NCBI GenBank assembly: GCA_000708835.1
Contig: DF237196.1
Location: 58,907 to 122,906 of the forward strand
Reading direction: 5' to 3'
Source of the DNA: Klebsormidium nitens
Taxonomy: Eukaryota > Plantae > Klebsormidiophyceae
DNA length: 64,000 bases
Shown: positions 50,001-63,440 of the stretch, piece after piece
How positions within the stretch are numbered: the first letter of the stretch is position 1
How the letters are laid out: each line of letters starts with the position of its first letter
Notes under the pieces: generated by a model
Seen by the model: only the letters and a program-made list of their open reading frames with translations
The model's database searches: none
Told to the model about the DNA's origin: nothing
Program-made: the position numbers and the translations under genes

Positions 50001-53000
50001 CAGTAAAAGACCCGGGATCGCATGCGTAAGTCTGGGCATCTGCAAAGATCGGCGACGCGTTTCGCATCAAAATGGCATCCGTTCAGCTGACAACACAGGG
50101 AGGATGAAGATCTTCAGGGTTTCTCAAATTGGTACTTTCTAGGAGTTGGAACCTTCGGCAAAGCCGTACGAACGGGGGGGAAAGCAACGAGACTTGCGGC
50201 ATCTCATTACGTGTAAACGTTTCCAAAGTTACTTGGTTCGGTGTAGCAACACGCAGCTCCCCCGCCTGTGGCATCCAGCCGTCGGAACGAGGGTGCAGAG
50301 AAGGTGGTCTCGGAGGGAGGATTGCGGCAAGAGTCTTGGTTACGCCTCACAAAGAGTTGAGTCGACGAAAAATGCACATCCTAACGAGCGTCAAGCGCTC
50401 CCCCGTAGTTCCTTTGGACACGCTAACTTTCGTTCCGGACGAAGGTAGCTGCACCTACTTCGTACAGAAATGGCCGACTCACCGTCCCGAACAGCCCCGA
50501 CCCAAGCACGTTCTCCGGGTTGTAGTTCCCCGTCGCCACCCGGATCTCCTCCGACGTGAACTCCCGCCACGGCGGCAGCACCTCCGTGCTCTCCCGCAGA
50601 CTCAGCAGCCGCGTCGTGCGGCTCACCGTGTCCCTTCCCCCCCGGTACCCACTGTCAGTCGTCGACCGCTCGAGTCGCTCCCGTGCCCCATGATCGCTGC
50701 TGGTTGACTTTCGTGGGCTTGTGCGGAGGGGGGGTGTGGAGCTACGCGGGCTGGAGTCTGCGGCGGGGGGGGACGGGGAGGAGCGCCAGGGCGAGCTGAG
50801 GATGGCGGCCGCGCCGCCGGGGCTCGGGGGTGGTGGCGGGGACGAGGACATTGCGCCGTTGTAGTTGGACAACTGCGGGGAGGGGATGCAGGATTGATTG
50901 ATTTGGACTATCCATTTTTGAGCAGAGAATTGGTAATTTCGAATTCCATGCGGAGAGGGATGCCCGCGAGGTGATTCGCACTGCAGCAGCCAGCTTGGAC
51001 AGACTGATTTTCATTGGGACACAATCTTTTCAGGAGGAGTTCACGCTTGCCAACCACCAGAAAGTCAACCAGATTGCACGCGGGTTAAACAAAACGGTGC
51101 GTTCTTAAACGGAGAAAGAACGGGCAGGATGTAGAAACCTTGCGGAAAACGCAACGGAGTACAGACCCGTAGTGGAAATCGTCCGCCTGGCCACAAGAGA
51201 AGACGTCATATAGAGACACGGGCAAAGTGTGGCTCATTCGCCACCTCTTCTCGAAAGCTTTTGCAGCGCAAAGATTCTGATAAAAACACACACAAGGTGG
51301 AACAATTTACCATGGGGAAGCTGGTGACGGACACGGAGATGGACTTGCTGGGGAGCCGTTCAAAGGACGGGTCCGCAGAAGTGGGGCCGCCCGCAGGCGC
51401 AACGAGCATGGAGTGCGACTGGCTGTGGGACTTCCGACGCCGCTTGCTATAAACAATAGCCGCCCAGATGATACCTGGAAGATGATTTAACACAAGGGAG
51501 TGAGCAGCATGCAAAATTGTCTTCAGAAACGAGCGCAAATGTGATTGACGAGACTGAAGATCGCACTAGAGTCTTCGCAAATGTCAAAAGTAATACCAAC
51601 GGGACGGTGCTCGCGAAGTGAGGAGGACAACGGTGACTTGAATCGCGAGGTAGTGAAGGCAAGGAACCGCAGCACTTGGGGCATGAAGCAGAAAGAGGTG
51701 CGTTCGTCTTTCGATCAAGACTTTGCCACGCACATAGCCCTGGAATAATTCTTTAAGTGTCCAGTGACTTTTACAAGCCTGTAATGTCAGTAAACACGCG
51801 GAAAAGGAGCTGAAGCCACTGTCCGAACACGCATTTCAGCTTACTGTCTTGAAGTACTGTGAAGGACATCAATGCTCACCCGCAATTAGCAACACCCCAG
51901 CAATCGCACCGACAATCCCCCCAATGATTGCACCAGTAGCGCTTCCAGACGAACTCGAAGGAGCCGCAGAGTTGGGCACCGTCGAGCCCGCAGTTGATGC
52001 TGTAAGAGGAGGTTCAACAGCAAAGGTAAGCCTCAAGCGGACTGGGGCGCATCGTCGCACCATCGACGGGATGTGCTTGGCACGCTTTCAGGCGAAAACA
52101 TGTGTAAGAGGTGCTCGTTCCGAATGTCAACTCGAACTGTGAAGTGCACTTGCTACACATTTGTGGTGAAGACGCCAGATTCAGTAGCACAAGGAGACAG
52201 AAGGTCAAAAGGACGTCGTGAGGCAAGACGACGAAGGGAACGGCAGTCCAACAGACCTGTTGGCGGCAGATGTACACCTCAGCTTCGCTGGCAGTGTGAC
52301 GATGTGAAGAGATGCTCATGGCTTCGCTTGCAAATCCGAACCCAAGGAACAGAGATACAGCAGACCCTAAGCGGACCAAAAAAGGTTTCTCTGACCACTC
52401 ACGGTCTAGCTGTGCTGGCGGCGTGACTGACGTCACCAAGACGTTCCCAAAGTCGCTTTGGTTCAGCTGCAGGCTCCGGCCGTTGCGCCCCTCCAAAACG
52501 TCCTCGATCCCGGCCGCGGTCCAGATCTGGAACTTATCGCCCACCAAGGGAACCACCGACGTGTCCACCAGAATGCTTCCCTGGACGGCGCGCCCCAGGA
52601 TGATCTGGAACGGCTGCACTCCGAGCTGGCTCGCCAGGGCGTTCAGGAAGGCCTGCGAGGGAAAGAGGAACGGGTGTGATTGAGAAAATGAAGATGGGTC
52701 AATTGTGCATAAGGAGGCTGAGCTTCAGTCGAGTAAGATGGCACTTGAAGCGTTTTCCGCTTTCATACTGAAGAAAAGGAGTATGGTACCCGTTGTCTCT
52801 TCACCATCGCCTCCAAGTGTTATGCAGCAGCAGCAGCCTTGGGGAAATCCAAGACAGTGTTCGCTGATGGTGATGATGACTTCGAAATCAACCAGGTTAC
52901 CTGCTTGAGAGCGGGAAGGACAAATGTGTACAGCAGGCCCTGCTTCAGTACCGAGGCTTTTGCTCATGCTCATACCAGTCTCGGGTCATGTGCGCCCATG

Positions 53001-56000
53001 ACAACTTGATATACATCGATTCGTGTGGTATCAGACAGCTCGACTGAGACCCTCGCCAACCCGTCAATCCGTTCCCAGTAAAAGCAAAGCGAAGCTGTCA
53101 ATAATTAATGAGAATACTAAACATACTCGAAACACAACGAGCACTTACCGTCTGGAAGCTCGGCGTCCAGTCGACCAGATTCCTGTCCACAAATCTGTAG
53201 CTGGCTCCCAATCCGTACACGCAGTTACACCGTCCGGTCACTGACCCCAACCCCGCCGTCTGATTCACCGGGCACGTGCATGCGCTGCTCCCAGGAGTTC
53301 CTGTCGTCTGGTTGATCGGAATGACGGTCTGGTTCAAAGAAGGAACCACTACGGTGGAGTTCTGTCCAGGGGGAGCCGAAACTATCACAGTGGTGTTTAG
53401 CCCAGGGGGGGCAGGAATGACTACGGTGCTATTTGACCCAGGAGGACCAGGGACGACTATGGTGGTGTTCTGTCCAGGAAGGGTCTGATTTGCCACAGCT
53501 GGCGAAGGGGCGCTCGCATTGAGCGCAGGGGTACTCCCGTTTTGGCCAGCGACCGGGGTAGGGGCTATGATGGTGACGTTTTGTCCAGGGACTGGTGACG
53601 GGGCTATGACGGTGACATTCTGAGGGGTGGGTGCAATGATGGTCGTGTTCTGTCCGGGCACCGGTGCGGGGGCCACAATTGAACCGTTTAGGCCAGGAGT
53701 AGGGGCGGTGGTGTTGACTGGGATGGTGGTGTTTTTGGCTGGGATGGGAGTCGGGGCCGGCGTTGACGAGGTTACGGGGCAGACAGAGCCCGTGGGGCAC
53801 ACCAAGGAGGGGTTGCCCGAAAAGATACTGCACAGCCAGAGAGGAGGCAGTAAGTAGACCAAGGCGTTTCATATCGTTGTTGCCTAAGGGCTTGAACGCT
53901 CTGGCTTAGGTCAAGACCGATGACAACGACTATCATTGGAAAAACTTCGTAAGTGTTGAGAATTTAAGCCCAGAATTTGGTCCTCCATAGTAGAGAACAA
54001 CCTGAACGTGCAGTCAACACCATGATGAGAAAAATACTCGAAAGCTGTCAAGCACTCACGCCATGTCATGCACTCATGGGAAGACATGCGGAAATCATCA
54101 AAGTACAAAAGTCCACTTGCGATCTTGCAACGGACATCTCTGCTGTAAGGGGAGTGCCCCAAGGAGGATGACAGAGGAGAGCCTTACCAGGTCGGCCCTG
54201 AGCCTGCCGGCCACCCCCACGGCGCAAACCCATCGCAAACAATCGCGTTGCTCAGCAGCCCCGCCGGCACCGTCCCCACCAGCTTCGTGAAGCGCAGATC
54301 CAGCGCCGTCAGCGTCGGGAGCAGCTTCACCAGCTCACTAGGGATCGTCCCGTTGACCTGAGTGTTATCTAAGTACAGACTCCTCAGGCTGGAAAGCCCC
54401 CCCAGGGTCGCTGGGATCGGCCCGCTGAAGCTGTTCCTATCGAGGTACAGCTTCACGAGCGTCTTCAGCCCCCCTATGCTTGGGGGAATGCTGCCTGAGA
54501 GCTGATTGATGTTGACATAAAACTCCATAATGCTGCTGAGCCCAGTGAGGGGGGGAATCGAGCCAGTGAGGTTGTTAGTGCCGAGGTAGAGCAGGCGGAG
54601 TTGCTGGAAGGAGCCCATCCAGGAAGGGATGCTTCCGGTAAGCGCCGTCGAGCTCATGTCCAGGGATTGCAGCCCCGTCAGCGCTTGAAGGGAGGCGGGA
54701 AGAGTGCCGCCGAGCGGGTTGTTTGACAGGAATCTGTGTGGGGAGGAGAAGGGTGATGGACAACTGTTACTTAGAACGACTCAGGACCAGAAAGAATGTT
54801 GAGCTTCTCAATGACACTCTCGCTCAGGTCGAGAAAGATGACGACCTGGCTTTGTGAAGGTCCTTTCTAGCATAGTTTGTGAACGTCCTTTCTAGCATAG
54901 GGAGGCAGCGACGCCGCTTAAGAAACTTGGGGGTCTCTGAACTTGGATCCTCTATTTTCAGCTCTTAACAAGAGGACCATAACAGCTCCCTTCTATGCAA
55001 CACAGGCATGCAATGGGACCGAAGTGGCGCTTCAGAACTTACATCTCTGTAATGGAAGTCAAGCGTGAAAACACATCTGGAAGTCCCCCAACAATTTGGT
55101 TGTTCTGTAAGTGTCTGCAGGGGATCAAACAGTAGCAGGGGATCAAACAGTAGCAGGGGATCAAACAGTAGGCTAAGTCAACTCCAGAAGACACCTTGTC
55201 AAACCTCAATAGTCCTGCATCGCAACAGCATCCCAACCTTTTGGTTCAAAGACTACTTCATCCTTTCCGTCCAGTTCATCATTTTGCTTAATAATCATCT
55301 ACCGAACAAAATAGCTTCCTCGGCTTTAACTGCAAAAAAGTACAACATATGTTGAAGAGCCTCAATTTGGCTAGTAGAGGTGGTCCAAGGAGTACAAATT
55401 GTACCACACAGTCGGAAAAGAATAATCGTTTTCCCGGAAACAGCTTGTGACGTCTTTAGCCAGCGAGAGCAACTGTTCTGAACTTACATGCCCAGCAATG
55501 ATGTCATCTGACCCAACGAGTCCGGAATTGGGCCTCCGCTCAGTTGATTGTTGTTAAGATATCTGCAGCCATGAACCACTCGTTATGAGAGAGCACACAT
55601 TAGAAGGATCTCTTCTTACTCCAGTGAAGCCTGCCCATTACAACAGGAGACTTTTCTAGCTTCAATACCCTTTGTTCCAGGTTGCTTCTTGCCCCAACCG
55701 CAGGGCCCAATGTGAAATCATGGCTGAGAATCCGAGATCACTCACAAATACTGAAGACCTGGAAGGTTTGACACGGTGTCCATAACATCCACTATGCTCC
55801 CTGAGAGACCCTGGTTCGAAAGATCTCTGCAAGACAAAGTATGGAGGGTGGTCAGTATGCATCATGAAAGTCCCGGCGCAGCTATCAAAGCAGAAATTGG
55901 CACTTGCGTACATGATCACTTGTGACAAGACAGAGTGGTCAACGCATGCAGTACTTTGGAATCAGCTGACAGCATCCCTGGAATTGCTTAAAATCGTACC

Positions 56001-56672
56001 AACAAGAGAGACTCCAAACAGTTCAATACGGGCCCACATTGAGGGTGAAATTTGACAAGTTGCTCACAGTTTGTACACGGTGGTGTCTGCACAGAACACG
56101 CCTTGCCAGGTGCAGAAAAAACTTGCGCTTGTCCATGTGGACAGAGCATTGCCCGTGCTCCCTTGAAAGACCCCTTTTAGTGCCGTCAGAGTGGCCCCTA
56201 CAAGAACATACGTTCAAGATCAACACATGCCCTCTCGCCGTTGGCAGACAAAATGGTTGCCTATGGAAATGATAAGGAGTGACTCCTAAGATGCCAACCC
56301 CATGCAAAGCAAGTGCGATTTATGTGTCACCGGATCAAAGTGCTTAAGAGAGAGAGAGAGAGAGATTCAAAACACACCCTTACAAATGCTGCAGAGAACG
56401 CTGGAACCTTACGGAAAAATCAAGGTGGAAAGCAGGCGACAGTGTGCATGAAGGACGAGTGCGCCCGTGCGGCATCAACTGCGAAAAGCACCTAAAACTC
56501 TGCAATGCGGGGTATAGACAAGGATATGCTGGGGTTGGGTCAATGTGGTTGATGCATGCAGCCTTGAGATAAGTCTAAGGTCCTCACCGTCGTCTCCAAC
56601 AGTACCGCCAGGCACTGGGAGACAGAGCGCCAAGAAAAGGCACAATAGCGGCCACCTACTCGGGGACCCCAT
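46981..56672 (-). CDS. LRR receptor-like Ser/Thr kinase (signal peptide, LRRs, Pro/Thr-rich stalk, Cys-containing juxtamembrane domain, TM, RD kinase)
   Basis: Exons 56672-56588 (signal peptide), unresolved micro-exons, 55826-55746, 55562-55488, 55114-55043, 54733-54188 (LxLxxNxLSGxIP), 53827-53149, 52652-52403, 51999-51880, 51474-51311 (TM then KRRRK), 50872-50483 (GSGLFG), 49894-49676 (AAVK), 48327-48207 and 47845-47711 (HRDIKANN, DFG), and 47363-46981 (DVYSFG). Confidence 0.92.
55118..55171. repeat. 18-bp tandem repeat x3 at an intron 3' end of the RLK
   Basis: caggggatcaaacagtag three times, adjoining the acceptor of exon 55114-55043. Confidence 0.85.
56347..56364. repeat. (AG)9 microsatellite in an RLK intron
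   Basis: Direct reading of the sequence. Confidence 0.9.
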
Positions 56673-59106
56673 TGGGATTCCCGCTTCGAATTGTAACTTT
56701 TAGCAACCTGCAATTTAAAACCCAAGCTTCACGACCGCAAAATCGGGCTCAAGGATCAGACATGCAGAATCCTGGACGGACCGATGGTATGGCTACTGGA
56801 CACAAGAACGAAAACAGACATTCAATTATTGGAAGTCCGTGCATGCAACATCTTATGAGCTTGTCAGCATATGAACCATGAGCATTTCTAAACAAGCTGA
56901 TTGTGTCTAGAATACACGCATTTTGTTAGTACGAGCCAGAGAGCAGCCGGATCCTTACCTTAAAAACTTTTCATTCTCGACTTTCGCAACTTCGTATGTG
57001 CTCAACTAGCGGAGCACCCTATATCCTTTCCTTTAAGACTGTCCTCAGCTGACCTGCTCGATACAAATCTGTGTTGGATGTCCCTTGTGCAAAACCGGCC
57101 TAGACCCTGCCTCAGCAATGCTTCAAGAGAGTCGCCTTTCTGATCACTCTTGTAACCTGCGGTTTCACCAAAGAAAGCTGTGCGGATTGAACAGGACCTC
57201 ACTTGATGTGAGAACCACCATCTACAGGTGCACAGTAGGGCCTCTACCTAGACTAACGGGCATTCCTAAGAAGACATGCAAGTGTGAGCTGTTCTACCTT
57301 GGCTCAGAAACCCAAGACCTCAACTCCACGGACTCTGTTCTCTTGTTTGACTGAGAGTGCCTAAGTATGTGCTTAGAAAAACACGTTGATTCTTGTTTAT
57401 GCCCCGTGTAGCGCCTGCGCCAAAACTCTTCTCTAAACCTGCAAACTTTGCAGGTGGTTCACAGATAAAGGGGCCGCAGTAAGTAATGCTGTCAACCTTT
57501 ATGCCAACGGCGTTCAGTACGATCCAAACGTGCTTTGTACAAACAGCTGCGCGCTCCGGGCTGCTTCTTGCTTCTTATATTGCTCCCCTGTCAAAGCATA
57601 TCTAAGGTTAGGTACCGTAGTTGGATCGAATCCTGTTCTCCGCCACAGAAAGCGCCTTCAAGTTTGCCCCATGGGCCCCACGCTGATCGCCTCTGATTTG
57701 CCCCATGCAGACGGCCCTGAACTTTGAAGATGGAACCAGATGGAACAAGGTCCAATTCTATGAATGATAAATTCCATACTTCTCGATATAAAATTGCATA
57801 TATTAAGGTGAGTTCTACCGGGCAGATTTAAACAGAACACCCTAACCTAGATAATTACGCTCTCCGCATAGCTAAACCCATTTCAATCCCCGAGGTAACC
57901 TCATCCATCCACCGGGCGTGAGCTAATGAATTTTCGCGCAAATTTGAATGAATTTATCCTTTAGAAACGACACATTCCAGATCTGCGCCTCCGGCCAATC
58001 ACGAGGCAGAGTCACCTTCAATCATGACAACCAATTATTGTCCAGTTGAGTCTTGACCAAGGGTACACGTGTACGCCGCGGCCGCCCCGCCTGAGACGGT
58101 AACGGTGAGCGCGGCAAATCATCATTTTACCAACTATGAAAGTGGTAATGGTACTCCCATGCGTTCGTCGACATGTCTGCTCTAGTTGAACCACAGCCTC
58201 AGGCAGCGCTGGAACCAGAATTTTGCACAAGTTCCTAGCTGCAGCGAAGCCTGTTGGCTGCACCCAATTGCTGGTGCGGGCAGCTGCCAGAAATTCATAC
58301 GCCTGCATTCAGCTTGTCAGGATCACATCAGGAGGAATTGGCACCATTTCATGCAAGGCCTCAATGTGAACAATCTGAGGTAGCTCGGTACTTTTCACCG
58401 GAGCGGCAGGAGTTGGTGGTTTTCTTAATGTGTGCTTTGCGGTAGGGACTTGAAGGGAGAAGATTTGTATCTGACTTGTATAGGAAAAGTCAATCAAGCA
58501 AAGGGAAAGTACGGGGATTCACGGTGCGCTGGTTCGACTTTCCTACCCCAGATTACAGGTATGCCGAGAACACATGCTTTTGTTATTCATCATTGCGGAG
58601 TAATTCGGATGTTCTAAGTAACTATGATACGCCACAGAGAAAGGTGTTGTACCTTTTGTATGTCAGACTAGCATCGAAGTATGAATTGCAGCAGGTGGCA
58701 TTCGTATGGATAAGAAGAGGGGTATCTGAATTGCCACTTTGAGGATTGATGCCAGATCCTGCTCACCGCTCTTCCATCAGCATGAGTTGCTTTTTTAAAA
58801 AATGGTGGGGGCGGGGCGGGGCACATTAACTCTGCTCCAGCGCAGATAGTTTTTAATTCAGATTGTGTGTGCCAGAGCCAGAAGCATGACAGAATGCTGC
58901 TCTCTTTGACAGGCGCCAACAAACTAAAGGATTGGATACTTTTATTGAACTTTGCAGCATTCTTCTGCTGTTTCTCTACGGTGCTTTTTGAGCGGCATTT
59001 ATCAAGCAAGAGTCTTCGATGCTTTTCGAAGGAGGACCATTGCTTGGATTGGCTCTACTGACATCCATCCTGAGGGTGTTTTATAAATGCAGGAGGTCAA
59101 ATCACA

Positions 59107-59763
59107 ATGGCTGGCGACGCGGAAGTGCCGGTTGCCACCTCTGCAGTGCTCATGTCAGCAGCGAAGCACATAGGCAAAAATTGTGCCCGCGAGAACCACG
59201 CATTTCTTGATTGCAAGCGGGCGGACGAGACCCCGGAGAGTTGCTTGGACAAGGGGGAGCAGGTGTCTCGATGCGTCGTGTCCTTGTGAGTTATGTCACG
59301 GTTTGGTCTACAGACGATCATCGGCTGCTTGTTCCAATTTCAGCAAACCTGACCAGATCTGCAGCGGTTTTTGATCGGCACCGATCATGACTGCAAGATC
59401 ATGGATATCGAAGCACGTCTCAAAAAGCTTGCCGCTGTCGTCGACGCTCCCAAGGATCTCGCAAATGAATTCTGGGCCCCCTGGGATTGTGTTCAAGAGC
59501 AAATTCGTTCACTCTCTGTTAAAAGGTTGACAACTGCCAAAAGGACTCCTATCAATGTTGCAACCAAACGCAAAGGTGGCTAATTGCGGTAGCTGATATG
59601 TCGATTTTCAAAGTTGGACTTCTGCTGATGCAGGTTGAAGGAGTTGAATGGCAAGTGCCCAAAAGCCTTCAATGCCTACGTCAAATGTATGGACTACCGG
59701 ACAAATGAGTTTGACCTCTGCAGAAAAGAGCAAGCAGAGTTTGAAAAGCAGTGTCCATTATAG
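59107..59763 (+). CDS. NDUFA8: NADH dehydrogenase (ubiquinone) 1 alpha subcomplex subunit 8, twin CX9C protein, 102 aa
   Basis: Exons 59107-59285 and 59634-59763: VPVATSAVLMSAAKHIGKNCARENHAFLDCK...CLDKGEQVSRCVVSLLKELNGKCPKAFNAYVKCMDYRTNEFDLCRKEQAEFEKQCPL*, with four CX9C motifs. Confidence 0.93.
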
Positions 59764-60760
59764 CGCGCCTGGGGCTTCGTAGGAAACATAGCGTTTCTTT
59801 GATACGCAACTCCTTCCCACTAGAGATGCTCTTGCACGGATATGGCCAGCAACATGCAATTATGAGGAGTCGGTGTTGAGCCGAACGTTCTTGGTTACCA
59901 GATTTACGATCATTCTGAAGGACAATCGAGAAGCTGAAGGGTGTCTTCTCGTTGCATTGAGTGTCCAAGCCGGCCGGGCCCAAGCGGAATCTGAATCGAT
60001 CGGGGTCCTGCAGTAGTCCTGTTAGTAATCGCACCTTTATGCAAGCAAGTCGTTGTAGTATCGTTCAATGCATGACGGTCTGCTGCATGGCACATCACTT
60101 CCGGCCAATTCACAACATGCATTGCATGTGCATGGCCAGTCTCTCTGCACTTAAATCCTGATTGTTTGGCTTTGATCACGAAATGTATGCGGCTGACTCT
60201 TCTACAATCGATCCTGGCCATGGCCGGGCCTGCTTGCATACTAATGTGTTGAACCACGCTGCTAGGGCTGTACCGTCCTATGCACTAGATTTGCAACGCA
60301 GAAGTTCATGCAGGGGCCGGCGCGGCAGCTACCACTTATAGTGACAGCTCTACGACGACGCAACATGCCTTATAAAAGTCACGGAGGCTTATAGTGTAAA
60401 GAGGGCATGCATCGAAATAGTGAGATCATAGAATCCCATGATTGGATGTTGCAAATCAGCATTGGTCGCGGACACCGTAGACAATCTAAAACTCAGATTA
60501 TGGGAGCATACAGTAGTTTTGTTGCCGCGGAATGGTTAGTTCCTTAGTCAACTCCCTGCAAACTGACTAGAATGAACGAACTCTACTTGCAAACACTCGT
60601 CCACAGGGAGGGTGTCACCCCAGGAGCTTCGGAGGCTGGCCTAACACAGATGCAATCTTATGATGCACCTCCCAGCTCACAGATCGTCCAAGAGTAAAGC
60701 ATAAACCACCCTTGGACGAATAACACTATCCGCATGGCCAAACTCCATCCTAATTTTACT

Positions 60761-63440
60761 CTACTCTGCATACACAACCAGCCCCCGAGCCTTGAACGCC
60801 GGTAGCACGTTCAACGCCCCAAAGTCTGCAATCCGCTTCTTCACCGCGCGCAACTCCACCTGCGCCTCCTCGCCCACGCCCGTAATGGCGTTACTCAGCC
60901 CCTTCACTTCGACGCGCTTCAGCGCAGGGCACGCCCGCAGTAGCAATTTGACTTCGTCCGTCGACAGCGGCGTCCGGTTGAATGTTATCCTTTCCAGCGT
61001 GTCGTGCAACATGAACCCCGGCTGCCGTGGCTCGAGCGCGTCCCCGATCAAACCCAGCTTCCCGTCACAAACCTCCAAACTTTGCAGTTTGGTGCATCCC
61101 CGGAGTTGGATAAGCCCCCGCATCGTGAACATGACCCCATGGATCGCAAGTGTCGTGAGGTCCTTCCACGCGCGCCCGATTAAGTTGAGCGTGTTATCGG
61201 TCGTCGAGCGGCCGCAGAAGTCGATGAAGGTCCGCATGGAGGGGCAGCCAACGGTGAGGCACCAAATGGGGCCGTACTCAAGGCCCATGCTGTAGGCGGA
61301 GCGCGCGCTCGACGTCAGCTCCACACAGTCGAGCTCGCGGCAGTCGCGGCTGACCATCCACAGAACCTGGAGGCAAAGCGAAAGGTGGTCAATTCCAAAC
61401 CGTCAGAAGTGTGGGGCAGACCCAGGGTAACAAGTCCAACCTCTAGCCAATATTTTAGCAGCTCGGCAGGACTGGCTGCCCAACAACACAGAAGGTCCAG
61501 ATGTGGACCAAGAAGCACAGAACTGTTTTCTCCCCCATGACCTATTTCATGGTGTAGGACCGGCGTCAAGTAAGACCACTCACTAACTTCGAAGGCACTA
61601 CCTGTAAAGACCTCAAACGCTGGAATCCTTTATGTCTGATGTGTACCAGGGCTGGGCAGACGGCAAGGATGCAATTTTCGGAAAGAGAGCAGAAAGTTCT
61701 GACAAGGCGGTGCTTTGCTGTGTGCAAACATTTGGCTGTTCCCAGGACAGTCCCACATAAAGCCAGGAACCTTAGGAACTTAGGATGCCTCCGGTTGAGG
61801 GGATCTTTTGCAAAGTCTGCTTGTACTGGCCAACCTTTCTCTATGTATGCAAACCGAAGCACACAATGACTTCCAGAAACAATTAGGTACTACAATTGCT
61901 CTAGTAAAGCTCGAGGTACTGACTTACGGAGACTAACAGGCCACTTGAATATGAACTTCTGGTAAGGTGCGTCATCAAGTGTTGGGATAGGCATAAAAAC
62001 ACTCCATCAACAGCCTCGATCCCACTCTTTGTAGAAGCACCGAGCTTTGTCAACATAACTGGCATGAGAAGCATTCAAATGCGTCGACACTGAGCAGAGA
62101 GTTCAGGCTTCCTGACATGACTAATACATGGATACAAACACTGAGCAGAAAGTCCAGGCTTCTGACAAGACTACTATGCACCCATAGCCCAGATGGGAGC
62201 TTTGGCGTGTGTAACAAATAACTGTGGGGCAAAAAGCAAGGCCTTTCTGCTGATGATAAGATTTAAGGAAGTTTTGAGAATGAGAGAGCAACTTCATCAT
62301 TGCAACTGTTTGCTGAGCAGTCAATAGAGCCAGCTTGTCGGAAACAAGGACAACGTGCCTTCCATACAAGGAAGCACTCTAGGGCATGACGACATTATAC
62401 TTTGTGCCCAAGTCCCTGATACGTTCCTGCCGTATGCCAATTGCACCTCATAACAGCAAAGCAGTTCGCTTCTTGTCAGAATGGTGGTCATGTTTTCCAA
62501 CAAGGAATCGAGTTTTGGAGCTGCGCATGCTGCCTCTTTCCATGCCACTAGCACAGCTGAAGGCGTGAACAGTCAGGGCATTCTTTGCAGAAGAACCACA
62601 TGCCGAGACACCAGACAACTGATGAGCACCTCCAAAACGACCTGAACATTGGAAGGAAGAACAAAGGACGGTCCTCACCAGAAATGCAAAACCAGAGCCG
62701 CTGTTGCTCTCCCACGATATCTTGAGCTTCTTCAGGCTCTGCCCGCACGCGCGGAACACCGATCGCAAACCATGAATCTTCTGCACCTTCTCAATTCGCA
62801 GCTCCGTGAGCGAGGAGCACCGCTTGGCGATCTTGTGCAGGGTGCAATTGTTGACCTCCCGTCCTAACGTCACCCGCTCCCACAGATTCGCCCCGTAGCA
62901 GACCCGCTTAAACTTCCGGCAGACGGTCGAGTAGGTGCAAAGCTCGCGTACAGACAAATCGGCCATGCTGAAAATCTTGATCAGCAAGTCCTCGCTGAGG
63001 TCGTCAAGGCACGCCCCCTGCTGAGGGCTGCCCGCCCGGCCCCCCGCAAACAGCTTCCCCTCCCTGAAAAAGTTGCCCATAGACCCTGAGTCTGTGGGCT
63101 TAGAGGGGCCTGGGCAATCCTCCGGCTCTTCTAAGACACCCGGTTCTTGGGGGCCTTCGTCAGGACCGCACTTTTCTACACCAGCTGCATTTTCTGACTT
63201 GAGTGGGGCGAGGGGCTCCTTCGGGAGCACCTCTTTTGGTTCAGGGATGCAGTCCCCTTCTTCCTCCCCCAAATCGCCGCTGTCTGCCTCATCAAATCCG
63301 AGCTCCTTTTCCAGAAGCTCTTTCGGGAAGGCATCCTCGCTGTCGGACGACTCGTTCTCAAACTCCTGGGGCGGGCCGAGGTCCTGGGGAAACGCCGCCT
63401 CCTGAAACATGTCATCGTCGTCACCAGGTCGCGGGTCCAT
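60761..63440 (-). CDS. F-box/LRR-repeat protein with acidic N-terminus
   Basis: First exon 63440-62679 carries an F-box (LDDLSEDLLIKIFSMADLSVRELCTYSTVCRKFKRV). The last exon 61366-60761 has cysteine-containing LRRs (GCPSMR, GCTKLQSL, ACPALKRV). Internal exons at about 61590-62460 are not resolved. Confidence 0.85.

Noticed and set aside
57000-59100. Short ORFs between the RLK and NDUFA8 starts; tRNA-like gttggatcgaatcc near 57620
   Set aside because: No cloverleaf or A/B box arrangement and no coding signature; consistent with a divergent promoter or UTR region.
60792-61295. 167-aa plus-strand ORF
   Set aside because: Antisense to the last exon of the F-box/LRR gene.
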